From assembly GCA_040954595.2 (NCBI GenBank), contig CM082584.2, positions 4,592,110-4,656,109 of the forward strand: a DNA stretch of 64,000 nucleotides. The letters run 5' to 3'. Below are positions 35,301 through 48,467 of this stretch, one piece after another. Under the pieces are notes generated by a model. The model was not told the DNA's origin. It saw nothing but the letters and a program-made list of their open reading frames with translations, and did not search any database. A program made the translations under genes and the position numbers. Position 1 is the first letter of the stretch. Every line of letters starts with the position of its first letter. The DNA comes from Balanoglossus misakiensis (lineage: Eukaryota; Animalia; Hemichordata).

Positions 35301-38300
35301 TATTATGAAAAAGTGGATTGTGGATTTCATTGCTGAACACAAGTAAGTTTGTCTTTGGTGACTGAGACATTCACACTTGATTTGGTTCAATCAATGTTTT
35401 GTGTATGGTGCTTCGTGTTCACAGTCTAGGTATTATATCTTCCCGAAAGACAGTAGCCAATCAGATAATAGAATTGTGAGGGTCATGAGGTTATGACCTT
35501 AGGTTAAATGTTTGTTTGTTGTTGTGTTGTAAAAGCCATACTCCCAAGTGGTGAAGAACCTCCAAACCGCTTTCACGAAATGGCAAGACTAGACTCGACC
35601 CATCCTTAGAGATAATGAAAGGATAGTACATCATGTTGAGAAAAGTGTGCAGCGGCACGCACTTTTGTCGTACATGAACACTCGACCCATCAGTAGAAAG
35701 CCAAGAAAACGCTCTTTAATGTGGTCAAAAAGGGATAACACGTTTAGTAACACTGCAGAAGACATATGATATGAAAAACTCGACAACAAATCTGTCGGTT
35801 GGCCTATCTGTCTTATTAGTAATTCATCAAGTGTGATGTGATTTCAAAACTGATTTGTGCTTCTTCTAGAGCTGCTACTCAGTCATTCTAATCCAGAACT
35901 CATTTGATTCAAAATTGACACAGTTTGGGCACCTTGAATCATTCAGTGGTAAAATGTAACTATTTTCACTTTAATGTGATCTCTTGGGAGTTTGAATAAA
36001 AACATCAAAACTACCTTCTTTCTGGTGAGTAGGACTTTCTTGCCACCCAGAAAGTTTATCTGATTTAGTAGTACATGTATATCTTGGTCCAAAAATGTGC
36101 AATGAAATGTTTTGAGAATACATGTATTTCTAATATGTATTTTGCTACAATTACTCGTAGGTCAATATCCACAATCAAAGGGGAATTACTGCCATATTTA
36201 GTGAAGAAACAATTTCATCAACCCAAAAGGAAAGAAAAAGAATTTTTTTCTGATGATGTGATGATGTCTCCAGCAGGTGAAGCTTCACAAGGTAAATATG
36301 ATTATTGAGTTGTAAGTAATAATTTATGCCTGATATCATTTTTTTTTCTGATATCAACAGAGCATTCTTTTAAACTATTATAGTGTTTAGATTGGTATTT
36401 CATTTACATTGGCAACTGGCTTCATTCACAACTCGCACTTTTGTATCTCTTCCCCAGATATCCATAGTTTTGCTGCAGAAGACAAAATGACACAATGGGT
36501 CCGTGAAATGTCAACATGGAACGACCATACTGGAGATATGGCAGAGTGTTACCATGGTAACACAATTCGTTGCTATGCCCATGTTATGGAAGATGGTTTC
36601 TGTGTGCGTGCCAATACATTATCAGCGTATGTAGATGCGAATAGAAATGTAAGTACATGTGCTATATTACAGAATTCAATTCCTGGGAAAATATAAGCCC
36701 CTTGTAGAAAAAAAAATGAAATTGCAAGTGTGGTTTCAAGTTCAAGACCCAATGCATTTTGAATCATGGGGGGGACATGATATGGCAGAGACCATTTTCC
36801 AGTGGGTATGGTAGTAGGTATTATCACTACTTTACCATGTGTGAAATGAGTTGATATGCCGGATTTGTCTGTTACTAACTCTAATAGAAAGTGGGGGTCA
36901 ATCCTCTATTAATTAAATCAGTCCAGCCCCCTTGTCATATCTTGCTGCCCTTTTCATCAGATTATCTCAGAAGATATTGTGGATATAAATATTTATTATT
37001 TTAATATGTTGTTTTTGTCCAGATGCCTGGATATTTAGCTTCAAATTCTGATACAAATCTGATTCATGCAGCTGCTAACATCAAGAATAAATCACAGGTA
37101 GGTCAAAGGTTTTGTTGTTTTATCTAATGTTGGTCAAATGTTATTAGGCGTTAAACATGCATTTAATGTTGTTTTATTGAATTCATTTTTTAAGTACATA
37201 CTGTTACATTTATCTTTCATTTACATCTCTAGAAAATGGAGCACACATTTCTTTATTCGTGGGTTTTTGGGTCTTGGATTATGGATACACAGTATTTCTT
37301 TCCATTTCTATTATTTATTCCAAGAGTATTCGTCTGTTTATGAATAATTTCATTGTGTATAGGTTACTAAAAGATGCTTTGTAGGTATTAAGCGAGAGAT
37401 TGTTGTTATCACATCTACATATATTGATGTATCACGTTGCAGCCAAAAGTAAGAAATTGCTTTAATACCAATGTTGTCATGGTGCCACCCACTAAGATGG
37501 CTCCAGCAGTGAAAGAGAAACAAAGTTTCAGATGTTTCATACAATCACAAAACAGATGCAGTAAAGTTTCATGCTCCTGGTCACAAAATATGCAGGCCAG
37601 GACGCTACTAGAACTGCTTGTCAGATTGCCATGACACTTTACATTTTCATATTTTTAAATGGTGAGATCATTACTGCTTGTCAATTTCACCTGAATGGGA
37701 TTTTTATCGCGGTGTGCACCTATTTCTGTGCAATCCGCAAATTATGACCAAAGTGTCCTTGTTGCTGTGTTCTATTAGAGATTGCAAAGAATTAGGCTCT
37801 TTCCAAAGTGTTTTCTCAGAAAGTCGTGGTCAGATGGGATTTGTGGAAATCAAACAATTTTTAATAGAGTTTTCAGACAACAAAGATGTGTGGTTAGGAT
37901 GCCCTCTAGAGACCAAACAAAAAAATCACTTGTTAAATGATGTGGGATATGAAAATCAGTTTGTAAAGGCACAATTATATACTTGCCTAGGGGAACCTTG
38001 TAATTTTTTTTTTGATGGCTTGGGGAACATTTCCAAATTTATAATCTGAGTAGAGAGTAAGGTGTGATACAGACTTGTCCCCTTGGGAATTCTTCTCTAT
38101 TAGGTGGTGATGAAATCAGTGTTGGTGATATTTCAATGAAAATGATATTACCTATTTGGTTCTAATTGACTTGACCACCCTCAAGTGTAAGATTTGTCAT
38201 TTCGTATCAAGAAGCAAAATACATCAAATCAGAATAAAGTGATTGAGACACGGAGAGAGGAAAGAGTTACTGATATGAGTGTTCTTCGGTTTAATAATCT

Positions 38301-41300
38301 TACAACAATTATTTCAGCGGTCATCTCTATCTGGTACTGATTGAATTATGTGCAAGGATAAGCCACGATTTCAAAATAATGCCATGAACAAGAGAAAGTG
38401 TCATTTACAAGTAACAGTACACCGGGTACGATGTGTGGAAAACTGATCAATATTTGCCACCTGTTGCTAATTCTCAACACTCACAGGTTTCATGTTCATA
38501 GGGAGTGTAGGCTTATAATTATTTACTAGAAGGTGCGTGTGTTATGCTTTTATATCAAGCAGAGCACATTTTGTCGGTTTTTTGAGGCAGAGTATATTTT
38601 GTTGATTACTGGTTGGGTCTATTTTTATTTACTGTCAGTTTATTTTGTCATAGTCATTGTTTTGCTTGGAAACTACATTTTGCTGTTCACTAGCAGAATA
38701 TATTGTATTGTTTATACTAGCTCAGTAGCTGGATATAATTTGTAAAATTCAATTATTAATCCGTACAGGAGAACCTGTCGCAGGGGATATTTCTCTGTTG
38801 TTTTCTGGCAGGATGTGTTTTCTTTCAATTACTCACTGTCTAGGGTCCAGATCTTGTAGTTAAGAATATAAACCCTGGCTGAGAGAGCTGGATTTAGACC
38901 AAGCTGACCCTAGGGGCAGGGTTAGATCACACTTTTAGTCATCTGTTTCTGTACTCTGTGAGATACTGGTATTAAAGTTGAAGGTGTTTCTCCATACATC
39001 ATTAATTCTGAAAATTTTAATTGATCTATGATTTCATTACTTTGTGTTTATTTGAAAAATTAGATTAATATTACTATTTTTTCTTTGTTATTCTGAGTTC
39101 AACATGAGATTTACGACATATACCAACAACAGTGGTGTATGTTTTGCACACAATAATACACAAGCACGCAACAGATAGCAAATGGACTGTGCAACACATT
39201 ATTAGTGCTGACAGGTAGAGTGTGGAAAAACCATTCACTTTTCCTCAATTTGCCTGGATATGTGCTTTCTGCTTCACCTCGTTGCATTTCACCTTAAGGT
39301 ATTTTTTTTTTCAATTCCATCGTGGAAATGAGCTAGGCTGGTAGTGGTTTAGTCATCGCAGGTGTTACTTTTCATCAGTAGAATTAGTCTTTGCGTGAAA
39401 CTGATTCAGTATGTTGCTTGAGCAATTCTTTTTCACGCTAATGTTTTCCCTCTCACAAAATCAACTTGTATTTTAGTTTGATTTGATTTGAAGTCTTTCC
39501 ATATATATTTTCCATGCTGTTTCCATAGCAACCGGTTTTGACATTTCAATCGAATGAGATTTGAGTGAAATCAGAAAGAAACGTATAAAGTCACATTACA
39601 TTTTACTCGTCTGATTCTAGAGTATAATAGTAACCATGGAAACCAATTGATGTGGATGTGAGAAAGCTTCATCTAATCATTCCTCGCTGTAAATTCTGTT
39701 GCCTGTGGCTTTTTTTCACCAGTGATACGTCATGTTTTTGATATTTCCGACAGTTGTAGCCCACAGTGTGTGATATCTTAGCTGCATTTGCATCATTCAG
39801 AGTAATCCAAATGATATTCCAGACGATAATAATCCAAAAATCAGTTTGAGATGGCTCTTATAGTAGCCATTTTAAGTACCTTTCCATGGGTGAGGATGTC
39901 AAATATCATGTATGAACTAAAACAAATTATTTCTGTTAGTGGGTTGACTTTTAACATTATGCTCTCAATTACATTATAATTAGAAAGAGCAATCAAACGT
40001 ATGCACCAATGTGTGTGCGTTACTAGTTTGAAATAAACATGACTTATGGAAGCAGTGTTTAGGGTTTCATGAAACCAACAGGCTTTCCTCTGGAATTAAT
40101 AGTTGTACACTGACTAATACAGTGTTCCATGGATATCAGAGAGAGATCAGAAGTGAAAGTGGTCACGTGATAGCGGTGCCTACATGAACACGTGGATGAT
40201 CATGTTCATGGAAATACACGTTACATATTTTTGTGTATTCCTGTTTATTTATTGACATGAAATAAAAGAAGCGCAAGAAAGCACAATTTTATTTAAAAAT
40301 GACACTGCGATGATGAAATTGCAGAAAAACAGGACCATTAAAAAAGACCATTAAAGCCTACTTCTCAGAAATCATGTTAAAACTAGATGTGTAAAAAATT
40401 TGAAATAAGAGATGATCATTTGAATGAATGGTGATCTGGTGATGAGCTGTTTGGATATAATTATTTTGGGGACACTTCATTTTGACCTCCAATCCCCCAA
40501 CTAAACTGCACATACCTCATGTCAGTATACTTCAATTATCTGCTTAAAATAGAATATATCTATTTTTGATATCTATTAAACTTGTGTGAGTTTTAAATAT
40601 TGATTTTCACCCTGAGCTGTCATGTCAAACCTGACCTTGAGCATAGATTTTGAACTTTTAATTTTTTCACTGCTCGGTTGAAGCATGAAGTACACAAGAA
40701 ACATGTTGAAAGGACCAAGCAAGGAAATGCTAATTAAAGACTGAAAATTGCTAAACCCTCCCTTGCTGACACAAAGCAGATAAGAGACTTTCAGGATCTT
40801 TTTCATTGTTGAGTAGTTTTCCCTGTGAAAGACCATGTAAAAGGAACAGGTTATATGGAAAAAATTCTGTTTGAATTTTTTCAGGGAGAGAATTAAGCCT
40901 CATTAGGGTTACTTTGTCAGCTGTAGATGTCTGATGTCTGTTTATGCATATGATTTTACGCATCTACAAATAGCATAATCACGTGGAAAGTCTCTCATTT
41001 CATGAGAATTCACGCATTTTCAGTAAAATGTTTGCAAAATGTTTATTCTCCAACAGGTTATCAGGTGTGAATCATATTGCCAGAGTTTCATGGATTACAA
41101 CGCAGTTGCATGTCCTTTTCTTATCTGTTGTCTATGCTTAAAATACTGTAATACACTTTATTTTCGCGAGCGATAAATTTTTGCGAAATACGCAAGGGCC
41201 AAAATAACGTGAAAATAAAAAGTCGCGTAATTTTTTTTAAAGATAACGATGCAGTGAATGAAATAAGAGAACGGGAAAATTAATACTCGCGAAACAGTGG

Positions 41301-42920
41301 CCTCTCTCAATATCGCGAAAATTTCAACTGGCGAAAATAAAGTGTTTTACAGTATGGTCGTCTTTATTATAGTTAAAATGTCTAATGGCATTGCACTAAT
41401 CCAGAATCCTTTTCTTGTGATTTGATTTATTCACCCAATAACATCTTTGTAATGTTTATGTCATTTGAATTCTAGGTCGGCCATGATTGTATGGTGGGTG
41501 AAGGTACCAATATATCTGACAAAGTATCCATAAAAAAATCCATTATTGGGAAACACTGTAATATTGGTGATAAAGTCAAGATTTCCAGCTCTGTTATCAT
41601 GGATCACGTCACTATAGCAGATGGGTATGTAACTAAAGAAAATTGGATTGTGAAATATGACAGATATTGATCATTTAACAAATTATATGACTTTTTCCTC
41701 TTTCATATAATACATACATACATACATACATACATACATACATACATACATACATGCATGCATACATACATATGTACGTACGTATTTTTGCTATATTGAG
41801 GACAAACTAGAACAAAATGATGTTCAATATTCTGTTTCATCAAAACAATCACTATTTTGCCATCTTCCATCTTGAATAGCTTGCGACACAGATGAGCATC
41901 TGAGAGACACGCAATCGCATAAATTGATTTCATATTACAATTCAATGACTGACTTTTTGATTCATATGCAAAGTAATCGATATAAAATCTCCAAAGTAAT
42001 AGATATCAAAACTCTGTCATCACTGTGGTTCGCTTCAACTTTTTTGTTCTCAGTGGCAATTCTTTACCTCACTAGAAGTAATTAGGAATGGAAAGGTTTC
42101 ATTAATCAATAACCCCCTGCCGAGGGCAGCTATACCTCCAGTTATTGCACAATTCACGACATGTATGCCCGAGCCCTAGACGAGTGCATATCTGGAGTGA
42201 ATTGTTCTATATCGAGTGGTATACCCACCCTCCATGGGGGGTTATTGCTGTTATATTATATCAACTTCATTTTGTTACTTTCTAGGCATTAGAATTAATC
42301 AGAGTCACGTTGAGCAATTATAATGAGCAATGTATCATGTCGGTGGTAATCGTTGTATTTTCCAGATGTGTTATTCATGGTAGTGTGATATGCAGTCATT
42401 CTCATATTAATGAAAGCTGTGATCTCAAAGATTCGTTAGTTGGCAGTTCGCAAACAATTGAAGCAAAATGTGAGTATATCTTTACGTTCTTGGTGACAAT
42501 CAGGGTTTTCTCGGTCCTGCAATATTGTATTGTGGGGCCAATTTTTGCCCTTTTTTGCTACAATAAATCTTGAATTTATTGACATTGTGACGAATTTTTG
42601 CATTTCTCTATTTTTAGGACAATTTTGCCTTTTTGGCTCTGTTGTCAAGTTTGCCTGGGTCTCAGAAATGTGTGCCATTTCTTCTGAAGCAGTTATCTTG
42701 TGTATCACAGAAAAGCTGTATAAGCCACTGGGTCGCTTGATAACATCTGCTTTCGTTGTACTTTCGCAAACAAGATGCAATGAAAAAACTGGTGTCAAAA
42801 GATAACTTTTGTACCGTAGATACCTGAATTTCAAATTTTTGAGAAATGTCTCTGTTTTTCTTCGCAGCGAAGTACAACACAGAGGTCATTGTAGACAGCG
42901 ATAGAATGATGGAATTTTGA
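32036..42920 (+). CDS. EIF2B3: Translation initiation factor eIF2B subunit gamma
   Basis: 11 in-frame exons: 32036-32183, 32897-33054, 33880-34048, 34621-34738, 35253-35342, 36161-36291, 36458-36648, 37023-37097, 41476-41624, 42366-42469, 42868-42920. Starts [16 protein letters not shown]...[16 protein letters not shown] (NTP-transferase-like). Also contains [34 protein letters not shown] and left-handed beta-helix hexapeptides, and ends [12 protein letters not shown]. Confidence 0.96.
32289..32460. repeat. Compound trinucleotide microsatellite (TTG)n/(ATG)n/(ATC)n in EIF2B3 intron 1
   Basis: Directly visible. Confidence 0.95.
34395..34545 (-). mobile_element. Probable SINE remnant
   Basis: The minus strand reads ...ATACCTGGTAGG...GCTCCC...TGTAAAGTGCCTTGA, resembling a SINE core plus an L2-type tail. 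Recognition only. Confidence 0.3.
41144..41354. mobile_element. MITE family A copy (EIF2B3 intron 8)
   Basis: TACTGTAATACACTTTATTTTCGC...GCGAAAATAAAGTGTTTTACAGTA. Confidence 0.8.
41710..41785. repeat. (TACA)n microsatellite
   Basis: Directly visible. Confidence 0.95.
41786..41945 (-). mobile_element. Degenerate LINE ORF2 C-terminal fragment next to a (TACA)n array
   Basis: Minus-strand peptide [12 protein letters not shown] resembles the E-x-HF-x-x-x-CP-x-Y CCHC tail of CR1/L2-group ORF2 proteins. Confidence 0.35.
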
Positions 42921-43163
42921 GTGCTGGAATGTCTGAGTGCCGGAACTGGAAGAAATGATCATCTACCTGCAGGTCATGTTAAGATGGAGGCTCAATGAGA
43001 AAGTACTATAACATGTACTTGACAATTTTGGCCCTGAAGGTAGAATACTGGATAGAATTCTGAAGCCATGAATACATAGTATTGTTTGTTGAATTTGAAG
43101 CTAGATATGCCAGCCACATGACACCCCTATAAATTCAATTGTAGAAGATTGCTTAGATAGAAA

Positions 43164-43541
43164 GATGGATGGATGGATCGATGGGTCGATCAATCGATCG
43201 ATAGATAAATAGATACATACATACATACATACATACATACATACATACATACATACATACATACATACGTACGTACGTACGTACATACATACATACATAC
43301 ATACATACATACGTACGTACGTACATACGTACATACATACATACATACATACATACATACATACATACATACATACATACGTACGTACGTACGTACGTAC
43401 GTACGTACGTACGTACGTACATACATACATACATACATACATACATACATACATACATACATACGTACGTACGTACGTACATACATACATACATACATAC
43501 ATACATACATACATACATAAAATGAATGAATGAATGAATGA
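43164..43541. repeat. Compound tetranucleotide array (GATG)/(GATC)/(TACA)n/(TACG)n/(TGAA)n downstream of the EIF2B3 stop
   Basis: Directly visible. Confidence 0.95.
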
Positions 43542-44081
43542 AAGATAGCAGCTCAGGCTGTGATCCATTGTGCATAAAATGCCATTGATTATTATGGTAA
43601 ATCTTTGATATCTGTGATTCACTTCAAAAAGAAATAAGCGACGTCACATTGCCATGTCTCCATCAGGATTCCAAAAATTCAGTGGGCTTTTCTGTATGAG
43701 GTTTCTATTTATACAGTTGATACAAAACCAGAAATCACAAGTTTAGATCCTAGATTCACATAAAAACTAAAATAGCATATAAAAGTGTCCACTCTAGTCT
43801 CAAACAAAGGTATTTGATTATGATCTACTTGTTTGGAATGTAAGCCAGTTGTTGATTGACAAACGTGCATAAATGCCCTACAGCAAAACCGAGCTTCTTT
43901 GGAACAGTTAATGAATACTTTCTTTCTGTCTTTGTCTGAAAGCAGTATATTTTCTCTTACCCACGTATATTTTCATGGACAGAAAGTGTAATGGATCATT
44001 ATTTGCCTGTAGTACATGTACATGACAATTTGCTGTCCAGTCACTTGCTGCATTTTTCACTATGTCAGTGTACAAGGTATA

Positions 44082-44437
44082 TTAAAGCCTCTAGAGCTGC
44101 CACTTTTTGCAATATTTCATGATTTTATTTTCCAACTTAAATTGATTCATCTAAATAAGCTTACTGATAAGGTATACATGAACACCTTATCGATGCCTGA
44201 TTGTGACTGCATGTTGCAATTTGAACACGCTTTATATTAAACAGGTGCCGCACCGATTTGATCAGCCTCAACACAAACAGTACACAGCTATCGTGGTATG
44301 CGTCGCCAAGAGATGACAAACTGATGCAAATGCAAGTAATATGGCTTAATGGTGAGCATTTTAGAGGATAGGGAATATATTTGAAGTATTTTATTGTGGA
44401 AAAAGTATGTGAAATTTGGCAGCTCTAGAGGCTTTAA
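44082..44437. mobile_element. Non-autonomous element family C, TTAA TSD with AG...CT termini (Kolobok-like)
   Basis: TTAA-AGCCTCTAGAGCTGCCA...TGGCAGCTCTAGAGGCT-TTAA; related copy at 23659-24216 and fragments at about 14935-15150 and 12181-12221. Confidence 0.75.
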
Positions 44438-45254
44438 TTTAATGTCTCAGTGTGGGTTTGATGAATTCATGAACAGACATAATTCAAAACACATAATTTA
44501 TTAGCTTACCTGATGTGACAGAGACAGTTACAGATGTGACAAAGGCCTTAAAGGAGACGTAAATGTCCCTCTTTTAAATATTTCAAATGTATTCATTCCA
44601 AATGCAAACCTTAGAATTTTACATGAATTGACAATAACAGAAAAATGTTATTTGTAACTGTTTTGTTGCTGTAACTTTTGTTATATTTATTCTACATTAT
44701 TCTTCTGTGTATCAACTATAGTTTCCACAGTGAAAATACAGCTTGAAAGTAACCAAAACAAAGGTAAAAGTGATGACTACAGAAATACGACCACTCCAAA
44801 AAAGTGGCAATCTTTATTTTTCCAACAATTCAACAATTTTAAATTGTAATTATTAAAATCTGGACGAATTATAGGAATAATTATGGCAGCATTGGCAATT
44901 CAATTGTCAAAAACAAAATGGTTTATACCATATCAGTACAAGCTGTGTTGACAAAGTATGATATTATTGAATTTCAATTTTGAACAATTATCAAAAATAA
45001 CAAGCATTTGCCCTGTATGGCAACTTGCAACTATTGCTAAAAGCATACTTTGATTTTTCTGTAAATACCAGAATGTAGTATCTAAGGGATACATGTACGA
45101 ATGAACTTGTAAACATCAATTATAAATTTTAATTATTTGTGATTTCTCTTTAATTCAAATCTGGTGTAACACTTATTTGATTGACTTTTCTCTGTGCAGT
45201 CGAATTGGTCTGCAAGACTGTGTTTTCATTGGTTGATGTAAACAGAGATAGAGA

Positions 45255-45475
45255 TACTGTAAAACGGGTTATTTTTGCGGCAGGAAATTTTCACAATATC
45301 AGAAGATGGCAACTGTTACGCGAGGATTAATTTTCGTGTTCTCGTATTTCAGGAACTGCATCGTTATCGATATCTCTGAAAAACATTTTATGCAACTTTT
45401 ATTTTCACGTTTTTTTTTGGCTCGCACGTATTTCGCGAAAATTTATTGCTCGCGAAAATAACCCATTTTACAGTA
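45255..45475. mobile_element. MITE family A copy
   Basis: TACTGTAAAACGGGTTATTTT...AAAATAACCCATTTTACAGTA; interior similar to 23738-23957. Confidence 0.8.
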
Positions 45476-47522
45476 TTCGATAGCAACAGAGTCCAAAGTC
45501 CACTTGTGGCCCTGCACAGGGATTGTTAGCTCGACAAATTTCAGACTACATGTCATTGAATTCTAAGTCCTTTCCCTCCCCCGAAACGGGGATTTCGAAA
45601 TGTAATAAACGAGATTAAATGTCGTACAGATTAGATAAAATAGGGCATGGTAACTCCCACGATGGGATTTCTTTGTCGTCTGCCTTTTTTCGTAATCCGT
45701 AACTGCTGATCAATATTGTATGGGCAATCAGTAAGTCTTTAATATGGGATTAACTGCTTACAAGTCAAACCAGTGTCTGTATGAACAGTGCACAAAAAGC
45801 TTGTTTTTAGATGCCAATTTGACCTCCATTCAGCGGCACCACCCTGTTGCAACGTCAGTGGCCATTAACATTCATAGCAACACCAGTACAGCTGTTATTT
45901 TCCAATTGACTAAACCTCGCATATTCCCAACGTACACATGAATACATTTCAATCATGGAATCTGCGGCACATCCAAAAAATGAAGCCAGTCTGAATAATT
46001 GGCAAGACACAGAAACTGAAGTGGAAGTAATGGGAATGGAGGATGCAGTATTGTAGTGTGACAACGCAGAGATTGCATGACTAACACTATTTTTAATGTA
46101 GTTACAAATTAGCAGTACATGAAAGCATTTCCGTGATTTAAGGGATGTATGGCTATGAGAAGATCATTGGTCATTCTGCCAATGGTATGAGCATACCCTA
46201 AGGTTTCTATCATTGGTCTGATGTGGCTACGATCAGTAAAACAAAGTATTATTTCTTTTAATTGTGGATTTTTGTTTTTTCCTTTATAAGCATAATTAAA
46301 TCTGTAATGAAATATAGGGATCATCGCAGTTGTTTTTGAAATACAAGGCTGTGAATTACTTGATAATTGAAGAAAAGTGCTGAGTCAGCATTTTTCTCAC
46401 AAATGGTTTGTGTATGGGGGGAAAATTTACCTCGAAATAGATAAAGTGCAATTTTACACTCAGTTTTATGTGCATAAAACCTCATGAAATGTATTCTAAA
46501 TCATATTTTGCTATTCAGTGAGATACATGATAAAACTTTTACGACCCTGATACCTATTTTGGTGCTCTTGGTCACACGGACGTCAGGATCCTTCCTCAAT
46601 TCACCAAAATACGTATCGGGGCCTTAAAGATTATCAACAATACTCATATTTATAAATTTATTCATAACTGGAACTACATAAACTTTGCCTGCACAAGAGT
46701 GTATGTGTGCTGTGGTTAAATGAATATAGTTAGAGGTTATAATGGCAAGCAAGGGTATTTGGGCTGGTTGCTGATATAAGACTTCTCAGAGGAAAAGATA
46801 TACATTTGGTGGGAAATAATCACCAAGCGAAGCTAGGTGGATATTTCACGCAAATATGTTCATTTTTACGAGAGAGAGGTCCACGTCGAATACCCAAGTG
46901 CATCATCTATACACCGATAAAACTATAATGTGATAATGTTTGATAAAAATGAACAAAGTGTTTCATTCATAATGTAATTTTGGAGTGGGGTTAAATCATG
47001 CATGTTCAGGGGCCTCATTGTTCCAGAGCTATGCTTGAGCAAAGGTTCTAGAATTTCTGAAGTAACATGACTTTATTTAACAGTCAATAAAAAAAAGTGT
47101 GTTCCATTACAGTGTGCTTTCTTCTAAATGTTCTTATTCATTTTTCAAAATATTATTCACTGTCATGTGCAGGTCTTCTATGTCAAAATAAAAAAAAACC
47201 CAGCCTCAGCCAATCAGGTGGTTGGATTCAGACCAAGCATATTCTAATTCCCCTAGTTATGTGGTGGAGGTTTGAGTTTGAGAACAACAACACCTCATAG
47301 TTTTGTGTCTATATGCATCCTTTCCTGAAAACTGGATTTTGTTTCATCCAAAAATATGCAATTGAGCTAAAATCTAAAAATGGTCAGCTAAAATTTACAC
47401 CCATACTGGTCCAGATAGCTTTAAAAGATGGTATGCAGATCTATTCAAATTATGAATAGTTTAACCAAACATGACTTAATAAATTCTATAATCCAAAAAT
47501 CAACTATTAAAAGATATGACAA

Positions 47523-47928
47523 TACCGTAATCACTCCATCAGTTCGACCAGAAAAAAAAATAAATATGATTTGTGAAAAGACAAACTAATAGAATAAAAA
47601 TAACAACAACAAAATGGCCACTCAAAGTGCTTGAATAATTTTTCAGGGGGGCATGTTTGCATGGCATGGACTGTGTGCACTATCAGCATGTAATTTAGGT
47701 GATATTTATGATAGAATTGAACTGTTTAAGGTCAGCCAGAATAAAATCAGTGAGTTCTGAATACCTTGGAAGGTTGAAGTTGCAGATATTTTCATGAAAA
47801 ATACACAATATCAACACATGCATTTAATCAGTGGTCAAACAATTGAAGGTTACAAAATAATTAATTTTCCAAAGAATAGTGGGTGGTTGAATTAATGGAG
47901 TGGTTGAACTGATAGAGTGATTACGGTA
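47523..47928. mobile_element. Tc1/mariner-type MITE (TA-CCGT termini)
   Basis: TA-CCGTAATCACTCCATCAGTTCGACCA...TGGTTGAACTGATAGAGTGATTACGG-TA. Confidence 0.75.
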
Positions 47929-48467
47929 CTTTCAATTTTGACGAACGTACATCCTTAATAACTAAGCTTGCCTGGCTATTACTATGCCGGTTACTGAGAT
48001 CATTGTCCATTTCTGTCATCTTTTCTCTCTTTGTATGATTTTTATTACATGAATAGCATGGTGGCTACTCAAACAAAGTTATCTATTACCTAATTTATGT
48101 GTCAAGTAGATTTACTGATAGGAAAACAGCATGGTGAATAGGATACAATGGTTGTCTTGGTAATGAAACTCATTAAGTGAACTGAACGGCCAGTTTTAAT
48201 TTAAATTATTTGCTGGGCAACATGAATGATAGAGGCATGTGTCAATTTTGGACATATGACTCTGCATGGATGCCATGAGACTACAATAAGAGAGAATTTC
48301 CATCATGAATAAGAGCTACTCATTTTTTGTATAATATTGCCTGCAATGTGCACCTGTGTGACACCAATGACCCAGGGATGTCTTATGGTAAAAATTTGAC
48401 CTTGAACAATTAGTTACAAAAGTGCTACACTGGCGGAGTTCAGAATTTGAATGATGTCACAGAACAA

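Noticed and set aside
37678-38049. 123-aa ORF inside EIF2B3 intron 8 (nested gene?)
   Set aside because: Starts at TTG, no recognisable domain, no convincing exon partners.
38103-38180. Box C/D snoRNA-like segment in EIF2B3 intron 8 (GTGATGA ... TTGA with a GGTGG/CCACC stem)
   Set aside because: The D box is not CTGA, the stem overlaps the C box so K-turn geometry fails, and I recognised no rRNA-complementary guide.
43101-43622. Three MYVC/YVRT-repeat ORFs
   Set aside because: Artefacts of the (TACA)/(TACG) array.
45744-46054. Short coding-looking stretch (MESAAHPKNEASLNNWQDTETEVEVMGMEDAVL*)
   Set aside because: Only 33 codons, with an in-frame stop upstream and no acceptor linking it to a gene. 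EIF2B3 already ends at 42920.
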